DNA of 47,298 nucleotides from Minisyncoccota bacterium (lineage in GTDB: Bacteria > Patescibacteriota > Minisyncoccia > Phycocordibacterales > UBA9973). Below the pieces are notes generated by a model. That model saw nothing but the letters and a program-made list of their open reading frames with translations. It was not told where the DNA came from and did no database searches. Below, piece after piece: positions 25,127 to 33,860 of the stretch. Both the position numbers and the translations under genes were made by a program. The stretch is taken from NCBI GenBank assembly GCA_016649835.1, contig JAENWX010000001.1, positions 1 to 47,298 on the forward strand, given 5' to 3'. Each line of letters opens with the position of its first letter. Position 1 is the first letter of the stretch.

Positions 25127-25615
25127 TTATATTGATTTAATTTTTAACTTTGTCTCTCTATTTTTATCTAATTTAGGAAGTTTAATTATTAGCAATCCGT
25201 GTTTTTCGATTGCTTCTGCTTCCTCAGGGTCTACTTCTTCTGGTAGGGAAATAGTTCTAGAAAATGAACCCCAATATAGTTCTTGGACAAAGTAATTATC
25301 TTTATCAATAGATTGATTTTCTTCGCGTTTGCCACGAATAGTAATCATATCTCGAGTGATTGTTATAGAAAGGTTATCAGGTTGCACTCCAGCAACCATA
25401 GTTTGAACAATAATGTCTGATGGGGTTTGGTATAAATCTACAGTTAATTCTGCATCTATTTCTTCATCCCATTTTGATTCTTTTGGCTCTTGTCCATCTT
25501 TTGCAAAAATAGTATTTTTTTTGTTGGATTCAGAAGAGAAATTTTCTTCTTCCTCATTTTCTTCAAATCGAATACTTCCTGTTAGTCTTTCTAAAAATGA
25601 TTTCTTTTTTGGCAT
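25127..25615 (-). CDS. Hsp20/alpha-crystallin small heat-shock protein
   Basis: 162 aa. ACD pattern DLYQTPSDIIVQTMVAGV...ITIRGKRE...FSRTISLPEEVD...GLLIIKLPK. Confidence 0.85.
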   Translation of the reverse strand: MPKKKSFLERLTGSIRFEENEEEENFSSESNKKNTIFAKDGQEPKESKWDEEIDAELTVDLYQTPSDIIVQTMVAGVQPDNLSITITRDMITIRGKREENQSIDKDNYFVQELYWGSFSRTISLPEEVDPEEAEAIEKHGLLIIKLPKLDKNRETKLKIKSI

Positions 25616-25620
25616 ATAAT

Positions 25621-26334
25621 TTAATTGAGCACAGGAGCATCTTCTCCCATACGTTTTAACTTTTCAAATATAAGTATATTAATAATCGTGACGACCCATA
25701 AAAATCCAAATACTGAAAGGAAATTTTCGCCACTTCCTTTCATTATAAAAAAATTAAAGACACTATGCAATAGAACAGCACAAACTAAGCCCAACAATAT
25801 GTAGAATACGCGATATTGTTTTAAATAGAATGATAGTCCTAAGGCGCTTCCTATCATCGCACTAGACATTGCATGCAATAAGGTTGAGCCAAGGAATCTA
25901 AGATTACCTGTTAACATTCCAACTACAGCTCCACTTACACTAAATGGATTCATTAAATATAGTATATTTTCTAAGGCAGCAAAACCTAACGCTGTAGCTA
26001 TAAAATACATAGGATAATCAATAGGGCGGTCTACATTTTGATTTCCAGCAATTATAATCATAACTCCTAGAAACTTAAGTAGTTCTTCTATTACTGCCCA
26101 AACAATTATTTGAGTTGTATTTCCTTTAATAAAATTAAGAGAATATTTTTCAAGCCAGACAGCTATCAAAACAAGTATTCCACCCATCATAAAAGATATA
26201 ATAATTAGACCAACAGGCTCCTGTTCTTCAGAGTCTTCCTCTTTAAGCCAAAACCAAAGCCAAAAAATAGCTGGAACCAAGCCGCTTAATACAGCAAAGA
26301 GTAATGTTTTAGGGTCTTTTATTAAATCAATCAT
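25621..26334 (-). CDS. PrsW-family intramembrane protease
   Basis: 237 aa polytopic. EELLKF (EExxK), GFAALENILY, and HSVFN (HxxxN) motifs. Confidence 0.7.
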   Translation of the reverse strand: MIDLIKDPKTLLFAVLSGLVPAIFWLWFWLKEEDSEEQEPVGLIIISFMMGGILVLIAVWLEKYSLNFIKGNTTQIIVWAVIEELLKFLGVMIIIAGNQNVDRPIDYPMYFIATALGFAALENILYLMNPFSVSGAVVGMLTGNLRFLGSTLLHAMSSAMIGSALGLSFYLKQYRVFYILLGLVCAVLLHSVFNFFIMKGSGENFLSVFGFLWVVTIINILIFEKLKRMGEDAPVLN

Positions 26335-26380
26335 TTTTAAAAATTTCGGCCATCATCTGCTGACTCAGGACCTACGGCTT

Positions 26381-28573
26381 CTACGCCTTCGGCCACTTCT
26401 CAACAATTAATAATCTCTTATTTTCAACTGCCCCGCCTGCAGAAGCATTTCGGGCAGGCATCATGCCCCATATTTCTTCTGTAACAAAAGGCATAAATGG
26501 ATGAAGAATTTTTATAGATTTTTCTAAAATTTCAACCAACAAAGTTTGTCTTGATTGCTTTGCTTTTTCATCGTCACCAGCAATAATTGGTTTACTTTCC
26601 TCTATAATTTTATCAGCAAATTTATCCCATATGTAATGATATATTTTTTCAGATGCCATATAAAAACGAAAGTTTTCCATATCATTAGTTATATCTTTAA
26701 TTTCAGTATCAAGTTCACCCATTATATTTCTATCAATTTCATTTAGTTCTGATTTATGAAATTTTTCTGGAATATTAGAAAATACAAATCTTGATATGTT
26801 CCATAATTTATTTGCAAAATTTTTATATCCTTTAATTCTATCTCTTGAAAGGGCAAGATCCATTCCAGGAGTATTTCCAACCACAAGTGCTATTCGCAGT
26901 GCGTCTGCTCCAAAAATATCAATAAGTTCTACAGGATTAACAACGTTACCTTTTGATTTACTCATTTTTTCTCCCTTCTCATCATTTACTAATCCATGGA
27001 GATAAACATTTTGAAAGGCGACTTCGTTGCGTAAATATAATCCAAAAATAACCATTCTTGGTATCCATTTAAAAATTAGGTCTCGGCCTGTTTCCATCAC
27101 ACTAGTAGGATGATATATATCTAAATCTTTTGTATTAGGGTATCCAAGAGAAAGAAGTGTCCATTGTCCAGAAGAGAACCATGTATCAAATGTATCAGTA
27201 TCTTTTCTGAGTTCTCCTCCACAATCACATTTTTTTAATTCATTGTTTAAATCAGAAAATCCTTTTTTGCAAACATTACATATTTTAGCTGGAATAGGAA
27301 TACCCCAGACAATCTGCCTTGATATATTCCAGTCAATAGTATTTGTCATCCAATATCTAAAAATTTTTTCATAATTTTCTGGATAGAATTTTATTTTGCC
27401 ACTATTTACAGCATCTAGTGCTCGGTCTGCAAGAGGTCTCATTTTAACAAACCACTGGTCTTTAATTTGTGGTTCTATAATAGTGTTACATTTAAAACAC
27501 ACTTTTACATTGTGTTTATAAGATTCATCTATTTTAACTAAAAGTCCTTTTTCTTTTAACTTTTCAACAATCATGGGTCTTGCTTTAGAAATGTGAATTC
27601 CTTCAAATTCTCCAGATATAGCCAGTAGTTTTCCTTTCCAGTCTATTATTTGCTCCTTTTCTAGGTTGTGTCTTTCTGCTATCTCAAAGTCAACTTGGTC
27701 GTGCCATGGAGTTATGGTCATAACTCCTGTTCCAAATTCCATATCAACACTTTCATCTTTTATTATTGTTGCAGTAATGGGACCATTTATCCATTCCAGT
27801 TCTATTTTTTGACCATCTTTATATTCCTCGTATCTTTTATCTTTTGGATGCATTACTACGTATTTATCTCCGAATTTTGTTTCAGGACGAGAAGTACTTA
27901 TTACAAAAGGACCATATTGAAGATAATAAAATTGTTCAGTTCGTTCTTCAAATTCAGTTTCAACTTCAGAAAGGGAAGTCTGATGTTTGGCACACCAGTT
28001 TACGATACGGTCACCACGATAGATTAATCCATCTTTAAACATTTTGTCAAAAGTTTCTTGAACGGTTTTTACTATTTCTGGGTCCAGTGTAAATTTTTCT
28101 CTTGACCAGTCACAAGATGCTCCAAGTCTACGAATATCATCTTCCATGAATTTTTTATTAGAAATAGTAAAATCATATATTTCTTTATATAAATCTTCTG
28201 GTGTCATTTCAAATCTAGAACGGCCTTCTTTTTCTAATTTACGTTCATAAACAATTTGAGTTTCAAATCCAGCGTGGTCGGCTCCCGGTACCCATAGAGT
28301 ACGTTCACCTTTCATTCGATGATATCTTGTCATTATGTCTTCAAGTGTTACGAAAAGTGCATGTCCAGCATGTAGTCGTCCGTTTGCATTTGGTGGAGGC
28401 ATTACTATTGTGAAAGGTTTTGCTTCTTTATCTGTCACACCTTTTTCAATACAAATATCTGGATTAAAATATCCACTTTCTTCCCATAGTTTGTAAATAC
28501 GATCCTCTGTTTCTTTGGGGTCATATGGTTTTAAAAATTTCGGGTTTATGTTATTGTTCTGGTCATTATTCAT
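26381..28573 (-). CDS. valS: Valine--tRNA ligase (short form, no C-terminal coiled coil)
   Basis: 730 aa. PPPNANGRLHAGHAL, KMSKSKGN, and a Cys-rich insertion (CNVCKK...CDCGG). Confidence 0.9.
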   Translation of the reverse strand: MNNDQNNNINPKFLKPYDPKETEDRIYKLWEESGYFNPDICIEKGVTDKEAKPFTIVMPPPNANGRLHAGHALFVTLEDIMTRYHRMKGERTLWVPGADHAGFETQIVYERKLEKEGRSRFEMTPEDLYKEIYDFTISNKKFMEDDIRRLGASCDWSREKFTLDPEIVKTVQETFDKMFKDGLIYRGDRIVNWCAKHQTSLSEVETEFEERTEQFYYLQYGPFVISTSRPETKFGDKYVVMHPKDKRYEEYKDGQKIELEWINGPITATIIKDESVDMEFGTGVMTITPWHDQVDFEIAERHNLEKEQIIDWKGKLLAISGEFEGIHISKARPMIVEKLKEKGLLVKIDESYKHNVKVCFKCNTIIEPQIKDQWFVKMRPLADRALDAVNSGKIKFYPENYEKIFRYWMTNTIDWNISRQIVWGIPIPAKICNVCKKGFSDLNNELKKCDCGGELRKDTDTFDTWFSSGQWTLLSLGYPNTKDLDIYHPTSVMETGRDLIFKWIPRMVIFGLYLRNEVAFQNVYLHGLVNDEKGEKMSKSKGNVVNPVELIDIFGADALRIALVVGNTPGMDLALSRDRIKGYKNFANKLWNISRFVFSNIPEKFHKSELNEIDRNIMGELDTEIKDITNDMENFRFYMASEKIYHYIWDKFADKIIEESKPIIAGDDEKAKQSRQTLLVEILEKSIKILHPFMPFVTEEIWGMMPARNASAGGAVENKRLLIVEKWPKA
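26432..26458 (-). repeat. CCTGCC...GGCGGG hairpin element in valS (sense orientation, in frame)
   Basis: Minus strand: GCCTGCCCGAAATGCTTCTGCAGGCGGGG, encoding MPARNASAGGA near the C-terminus. Confidence 0.65.
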
Positions 28574-28690
28574 CCCGTTAGAAACAGGTCGCGGTCTAAA
28601 AGATTAAGACTTTGCCCTGATAAATTAAATTTTATTAATATAGATATAATTATGTTCCTATCATATACTGCGACCGCGGTTTCTAACGGG
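28574..28690 (-). promoter_or_regulatory. Inverted-repeat cassette directly abutting the valS start codon
   Basis: Arms CCCGTTAGAAACAGGTCGCGGTC (28574-28596) and GCGACCGCGGTTTCTAACGGG (28670-28690) flank 73 nt of AT-rich DNA. The valS ATG (28573-28571) touches the arm. Confidence 0.6.
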
Positions 28691-28733
28691 AGACATGTAT
28701 AGAATATAACATTTTAGGGATTTATTTGAAAGT

Positions 28734-30086
28734 TTATAAGGATAAATTTCCTTGTGCCTTTATTGAATTTATGTTTTTTACTATTTTATTATTTTGATAT
28801 TGAAAGTATCCTGCAATAGCAATCATAAGAGCATTGTCACCAGTTAAATTTTTGGAAGGAAAATGAACATTGGTTTTAAGTTTGTCTGCCGATGAGGCAC
28901 GATTATTTTCTTTAATTTTTTCTATTATTGTTGTTTGTAAATGTTTATTTGCAGAAACACCGCCACCTACTATCAATGTATTTATTTTATATTGCTTTAT
29001 TGCCTTAATGGTTTTATGAGTAAGCACCTCTACAACAGAGTCTTCAAATTCTCTTGCTATTTTTTGTTTAATATTACCTTTTTCTAAAATATTTGGATTT
29101 TTTTCTTTTAAATCTCTTATCAAATATAGCACCGCTGTCTTTAGTCCAGAAAATGAAAAATCATAATCCTTAGAATATATCATTGGTCTAGGTAATTTAA
29201 TTTGCTCCAGAGTATTATCTGATTTTTCAGGTCCTCGGATGAGGGAGGACGAGGTGCCAGACCGTGAAAAATCAGACAATACTCTTCCGCTTACGTTTTC
29301 TCTTTCAATATTAGCTATCTTTGAAATCTCTGGTCCTCCAGGGTATGGTAGTCCCAGCATGCGAGCTACTTTATCAAAAGCTTCTCCTGCTGCATCGTCG
29401 CGAGTTTGTCCTATTTTTTTATATTTCATCCAGTCTTTTATTAGTATCAGTTCTGTGTGTCCTCCTGAAACCAAAAGAGAGAGCATTGGGAAAATAATTT
29501 CTTTCTCACTAATTGTGAAAGTTTTTTCTTTTTTAGGAAATATAGAAAAAATATGACCTTCCATGTGGTTTACTTTTACTATTGGAATATTCCAGTAAAT
29601 ACTTAATGCCTTAGCAAAACTAATTCCCACCCAAAGAGCAGGGACCAACCCTGGTCCTGTTGTTACAGCAATAGCATCTATGTTGGGTTTTTTAATAAAT
29701 GGAATATGTTTAGGCCATAGTTCTTTGAGCTCTGTTTCTCTCTCTAGAATTTTATCAATTTTTTTAAAATCTTTGTCAGTATATAATGCTGTTTTATTTT
29801 TTTTGTATAGTTTTGCTTCTTTTAGTACTTTTTCTAAAATATTTATTATATTTTTCCCGTGTTCACGCTTGGCCATCATGGGGAAAACACCACCATATTC
29901 AGCGTGTATAGCTATTTGTGAAGACAAATCATTACCAAGAATTTTAAATTTAGTTTTAGATCCAGATTGATGTACTTCTATTACAGCAAGAGCCGTCTCA
30001 TCACAGGATGTCTCTATGGCCAATATTTTCATCCCAGTACTAAAATTTTTAATATTTATTTTTACTTTTTTAATATTTTTATTCAT
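28734..30086 (-). CDS. tsaD: tRNA N6-adenosine threonylcarbamoyltransferase TsaD
   Basis: 450 aa. ILAIETSCDETALAV, HMEGHIF, SGGHTEL, DFSFSGLKTAV. The true start may be the internal MKILAIE (30032). Confidence 0.9.
   Translation of the reverse strand: MNKNIKKVKINIKNFSTGMKILAIETSCDETALAVIEVHQSGSKTKFKILGNDLSSQIAIHAEYGGVFPMMAKREHGKNIINILEKVLKEAKLYKKNKTALYTDKDFKKIDKILERETELKELWPKHIPFIKKPNIDAIAVTTGPGLVPALWVGISFAKALSIYWNIPIVKVNHMEGHIFSIFPKKEKTFTISEKEIIFPMLSLLVSGGHTELILIKDWMKYKKIGQTRDDAAGEAFDKVARMLGLPYPGGPEISKIANIERENVSGRVLSDFSRSGTSSSLIRGPEKSDNTLEQIKLPRPMIYSKDYDFSFSGLKTAVLYLIRDLKEKNPNILEKGNIKQKIAREFEDSVVEVLTHKTIKAIKQYKINTLIVGGGVSANKHLQTTIIEKIKENNRASSADKLKTNVHFPSKNLTGDNALMIAIAGYFQYQNNKIVKNINSIKAQGNLSL
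29218..29276. repeat. GC-rich palindromic element, copy 3, in frame (antisense orientation) inside tsaD
   Basis: Core GTCCTCGGATGAGGGAGGACGAGGTGCCAGACC (29231-29263), flanked by a perfect inverted repeat TCTGATTTTTCA / TGAAAAATCAGA. Encodes ...SGTSSSLIRGPEKSD... inside an insertion before LPRPM. Confidence 0.8.
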
Positions 30087-30198
30087 TTAATATCTATATG
30101 TCCCATTATGTAAAATAATCGAAAATTTAGTACGGGACAGGTTTCATTACTATAACATAAGGGTTTTTATTTGACTATTTTTATGATATTCTAGAGCT

Positions 30199-30777
30199 AT
30201 GGCTAAAAAACATATTATTACTATTGCAGGTAAGTTAGGAAGCGGTAAGTCCTCAACCGCTAAAATGGTTTCAGAAATTCTAAATTACAAACATTTATCT
30301 ACTGGTGATTTTATGCGCTCCATCGCAAATGAAAAAGGTATTTCTCTAGCTCTCCTAAGTCAGATGGCAGAGAAAGATGACTCTATTGATAAGGCTCTAG
30401 ATGACCGTAATTTGGAAATAGGTAAAATGGAAAATGTTGTTTTGGATTCTAGGCTCGGTTTTTATTTTATTCCAGGTTCTTTTAAAGTTTTTTTAGAACT
30501 CGACCCACATAAAGCTTCAGAGAGAATTTTAGAAGATATAAAATCAAATCCAAATAGACACACAGAAGACGATGGTGTTTTTAATACAAAAGAAAGTATA
30601 ATGGAGAGTATAAATACTCGTCTTTTAAGCGAAAGAAAAAGATATAACAATTTATACAAAATAGAAGACCTTACCGCACATGAAAATTTTGATTTAGTTA
30701 TTGATACATCTAATACACCCCTTCCTGATGTTTCTAAAAAAATTATAGAGGAATATAATAAATGGATAAACAAATAA
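30199..30777 (+). CDS. cmk: Cytidylate kinase-like NMP kinase (short/archaeal type)
   Basis: 192 aa. P-loop AGKLGSGKSS, STGDFMR, DSRLG, and ERKRY...DLVIDTS pattern. Confidence 0.6.
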   Translation: MAKKHIITIAGKLGSGKSSTAKMVSEILNYKHLSTGDFMRSIANEKGISLALLSQMAEKDDSIDKALDDRNLEIGKMENVVLDSRLGFYFIPGSFKVFLELDPHKASERILEDIKSNPNRHTEDDGVFNTKESIMESINTRLLSERKRYNNLYKIEDLTAHENFDLVIDTSNTPLPDVSKKIIEEYNKWINK

Positions 30778-30790
30778 ATCAAAAAATAAT

Positions 30791-32221
30791 ATGAAAATAT
30801 TAAATGAAGTAATAGATAATATAAAAATAATAGAAATTCACGGTAATCTAGAAACTCGTGTTTCTTCTATATCTTTAAATTCTAAAAATATTGAACCCCG
30901 CTCAGTCTTTGTAGCGCTAGAGGGTAATATTATAGATGGACATGTTTTTATTGATGAAGTTATAGAAAAGGGAGCTACTGCAATAGTCTACGAGCATGGT
31001 CCAATTGAATTTAAAAATGGCATAACTTATATAAAAGTAGCAGATACACATAGTGCTGCTGGTATTATGGCTGGTAATTTTTATGGGAATCCATCTCGTA
31101 AATTAAAATTAGTGGGTATTACAGGAACAAATGGAAAGACAACTACCGCCACACTTCTACATCAGTTATTTAGAGATTTGGGTCATAAAGTTGGAATGAT
31201 TGGTACGATTGTAAATAAAATAAACGATGAATCATATGAGGCAGTTAGAACAACCCCAGATCCTATAAACCTAAATAGACTACTCGCAGAAATGGTAGAC
31301 CATGGCTGTGAATATTGTTTTATGGAAGTTTCGTCGCATTCTGTTTGTGAAAAAAGAATAGAAGGACTTTCTTTCTTTGGAGGAATTTTTACAAATCTTA
31401 CATTAGACCATTTAGACTATCATAAAACATTAGAAAATTATTGTGATGCTAAAAAAAGATTTTTTGATATGTTACCTGTGTCTGGTTTTGCAATTGCAAA
31501 TATAGATGATGACAAAGGGGAGTATATGCTAAGTCATACAAAGGCCCAGAAATATACTCTTAGCTTGAAAAAAGATGCAGATTTTAATCAAAGATTTGAA
31601 AGTAAACTTATTGGTGAATTTAACGCATATAATATTTTAGGAGTTTATGCGGTTGCAGTTTTACTTTTATATGGAGATAAACCTGCCCGACTTGATAGTC
31701 ATTCAGGCGGGGATAAAGTAAAAGAAGCTATAAAAAACTTAGAAGCAGTGTCAGGAAGATTTCAGTCTATAAAATCAGAAGATGAAGTTACTGGTATTGT
31801 AGACTATGCGCATACTCCAGATGCGTTAGAAAATGTTTTAAAAACAATAAATGAAATTAAAAGCTTAAATAAAGTAATATCTGTTATTGGTTGTGGGGGA
31901 GACCGAGATAAAACCAAGCGCCCAATAATGGCTCGCATCGGTTATGAAATGAGTGACTTTCTAATCATCACATCAGATAATCCACGTGGAGAATTACCGG
32001 AAGACATTTTGAATGATATGCAAAAAGGATTACCGGCTGAAAGTGAAAATAAAACTGAAATTATTATAGATAGACATGTTGCCATTGCTAGAGCCTGCAG
32101 TATTGCGCAAAAAGGAGATTATATTTTAATAGCAGGTAAGGGCCATGAAAAATATCAAGAAGTGAAAGGATTAAAAACTTATTTTGATGACATGGAAGAG
32201 TTAGAAAAATACTTGCTCTAA
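30791..32221 (+). CDS. murE: UDP-N-acetylmuramoyl-L-alanyl-D-glutamate--2,6-diaminopimelate ligase
   Basis: 476 aa. GITGTNGKTTT, DYAHTPDAL, GCGGDRDKTKRP, ITSDNPRGE (DNPR motif). Confidence 0.9.
   Translation: MKILNEVIDNIKIIEIHGNLETRVSSISLNSKNIEPRSVFVALEGNIIDGHVFIDEVIEKGATAIVYEHGPIEFKNGITYIKVADTHSAAGIMAGNFYGNPSRKLKLVGITGTNGKTTTATLLHQLFRDLGHKVGMIGTIVNKINDESYEAVRTTPDPINLNRLLAEMVDHGCEYCFMEVSSHSVCEKRIEGLSFFGGIFTNLTLDHLDYHKTLENYCDAKKRFFDMLPVSGFAIANIDDDKGEYMLSHTKAQKYTLSLKKDADFNQRFESKLIGEFNAYNILGVYAVAVLLLYGDKPARLDSHSGGDKVKEAIKNLEAVSGRFQSIKSEDEVTGIVDYAHTPDALENVLKTINEIKSLNKVISVIGCGGDRDKTKRPIMARIGYEMSDFLIITSDNPRGELPEDILNDMQKGLPAESENKTEIIIDRHVAIARACSIAQKGDYILIAGKGHEKYQEVKGLKTYFDDMEELEKYLL
31682..31711 (+). 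repeat. CCTGCC...GGCGGG hairpin element in murE (sense, in frame)
   Basis: CCTGCCCGACTTGATAGTCATTCAGGCGGG encodes PARLDSHSGG inside LLLYGDK...DKVKEAI. Confidence 0.65.
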
Positions 32222-32251
32222 TTAAGAATTAATAATTACGAATTAAGAATT
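32219..32251. repeat. AATTAAG/AATTACG heptamer repeats between murE and murD
   Basis: TAATTAAGAATTAATAATTACGAATTAAGAATT, starting in the murE stop codon. Confidence 0.7.
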
Positions 32252-32259
32252 TAAAAAAA

Positions 32260-33723
32260 ATGACGGGATACAAACAACTATTTAAAGGAAAGAAAATCAC
32301 AGTCATGGGTTTGGGCATCCTCGGTCGCGGATTAGGTTATACAAAATTTTTAGCAGAATGCGGAGCAGACTTAATAGTTACCGACTTAAAAACAAAAGAG
32401 CAACTTAAGTCTTCAGTAGAAGAAATTAAGAATTACGAATTAAGAATTAAGAATAAAAAGAAAATTAAATTTGTATTAGGAGAACATAGACTCGAGGATT
32501 TTAGAGATAGAGATATGATTATAAAGGCGGCTGGCGTTCCTTTTGATTCTATCTATATAAATGAAGCTCAAAAAAACAATATTCCCATTGAAATGGATGT
32601 ATCTCTTTTTTCAAAATGCGCGCCTGGCGTGATGCTTATTGGCGTAACAGGTACAAGGGGTAAATCAATGACCACTACACTTATATATGAGATATTGAAA
32701 GCCAATGAAAAATTATTAAAAAATAATGCTTGCCCGACTGGGAATTCTTTTAGGCGGGTTTATGTTGGTGGTAATTTAAGAGGCATGGCAACATTGCCAC
32801 TGCTGAAAAAAGTAAAAAGTCGCGCTTCAATGGACACTGCGCGAATGAGCCCCCAGGATGATTTTGGTAAATCATCTGCAGAATCAGATATTTTGGTATG
32901 TGAATTAGATTCATGGCAACTACAAGGTTTTGGTGATTCTAAAATTTCTCCACATATCTCTGTATTCACTACATTTATGCCAGACCATATGAATTATTAT
33001 AAAAATTCTATGGAAAAATATTTTGACGATAAAGCAAATATTTTTAAATATCAAAACGGGAATGATGTTTTAATAATACGTCCAAATATGAAGAAATTAA
33101 TACCCAAAAATATCAAAAGTAAGTTAATTGTTATAAATAAAAAAGAGTTAGATGGTTGGAAATTTATTGTCCCAGGAGAGCATCAAAGGGAAAATCTGGC
33201 TTGTGCAGTTAAGGTTGCAGAACAATTAAATATTCCTATATCTAAAATTAAAAAAGTTGTAAGTGGCTTTAAAGGACTAGAAGGACGCTTAGAACTTTTG
33301 AAAGTTTACAAGGGAATTAAAATTTATAATGATAACAATGCAACGACGCCCGAAGCAACGGTTGCTGGAATAGAAGCATTGTCTTCCGCTAGGACTGTCC
33401 TAGCGGAGAAAAAAATAGTGTTGATTTGTGGAGGCGCAGATAAAAATTTATTGCTAGATAATTTAATTAAAAAAGTTAATCAGAATTGTAAATTTGTATC
33501 TCTAATATCTGGGAGTGGAACGAATAAATTTTTATCAAGTCACAAGTTAAAAGTTGAAAGTTATCAAGCTAAGGACTTGAAAGATGCAATTAAAAAAGCA
33601 TTAGAAAAAGCAAAAAAGGGAGATATAGTTTTGTTTTCTCCAGCCTTCGCATCTTTTGGAATGTTCAACAACGAATATGAGCGCAATGATTTGTTTATGA
33701 AAATAATTAAAAATTTAAAATAA
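32260..33723 (+). CDS. murD: UDP-N-acetylmuramoylalanine--D-glutamate ligase
   Basis: 487 aa. N-terminal GLGILGRG Rossmann motif, GVTGTRGKSMTT, ELDSWQL, NDNNATTPEA. Confidence 0.85.
   Translation: MTGYKQLFKGKKITVMGLGILGRGLGYTKFLAECGADLIVTDLKTKEQLKSSVEEIKNYELRIKNKKKIKFVLGEHRLEDFRDRDMIIKAAGVPFDSIYINEAQKNNIPIEMDVSLFSKCAPGVMLIGVTGTRGKSMTTTLIYEILKANEKLLKNNACPTGNSFRRVYVGGNLRGMATLPLLKKVKSRASMDTARMSPQDDFGKSSAESDILVCELDSWQLQGFGDSKISPHISVFTTFMPDHMNYYKNSMEKYFDDKANIFKYQNGNDVLIIRPNMKKLIPKNIKSKLIVINKKELDGWKFIVPGEHQRENLACAVKVAEQLNIPISKIKKVVSGFKGLEGRLELLKVYKGIKIYNDNNATTPEATVAGIEALSSARTVLAEKKIVLICGGADKNLLLDNLIKKVNQNCKFVSLISGSGTNKFLSSHKLKVESYQAKDLKDAIKKALEKAKKGDIVLFSPAFASFGMFNNEYERNDLFMKIIKNLK
32424..32454 (+). 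repeat. Heptamer repeat run in frame inside murD
   Basis: AATTAAG AATTACG AATTAAG AATTAAG AAT encodes IKNYELRIKN. Confidence 0.8.
32729..32758 (+). repeat. CTTGCC...GGCGGG hairpin element in murD (sense, in frame)
   Basis: CTTGCCCGACTGGGAATTCTTTTAGGCGGG encodes ACPTGNSFRRV. Confidence 0.6.
33385..33407 (+). repeat. Perfect 11-bp-arm palindrome inside murD
   Basis: TCCGCTAGGAC-t-GTCCTAGCGGA encodes SARTVLAE. Confidence 0.7.
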
Positions 33724-33743
33724 AATGTAATATGGATTTAGAT

Positions 33744-33860
33744 CCCGTTAGAAATCGCGGTCACGATTTCTTGGGTTGGTGTATAATTAGTTTGTAATTA
33801 ATTTTAAATAAAAATATGTTAGATTCAAAAAATAATGATCGCGACCTATTTCTAAACGGG
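33744..33860 (+). promoter_or_regulatory. Inverted-repeat cassette between murD and murC, overlapping the annotated murC start
   Basis: Arms CCCGTTAGAAATCGCGGTCACGAT (33744-33767) and ATCGCGACCTATTTCTAAACGGG (33838-33860). The interior contains GTGTATAAT. Orientation relative to the downstream gene matches the valS cassette. Confidence 0.6.
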
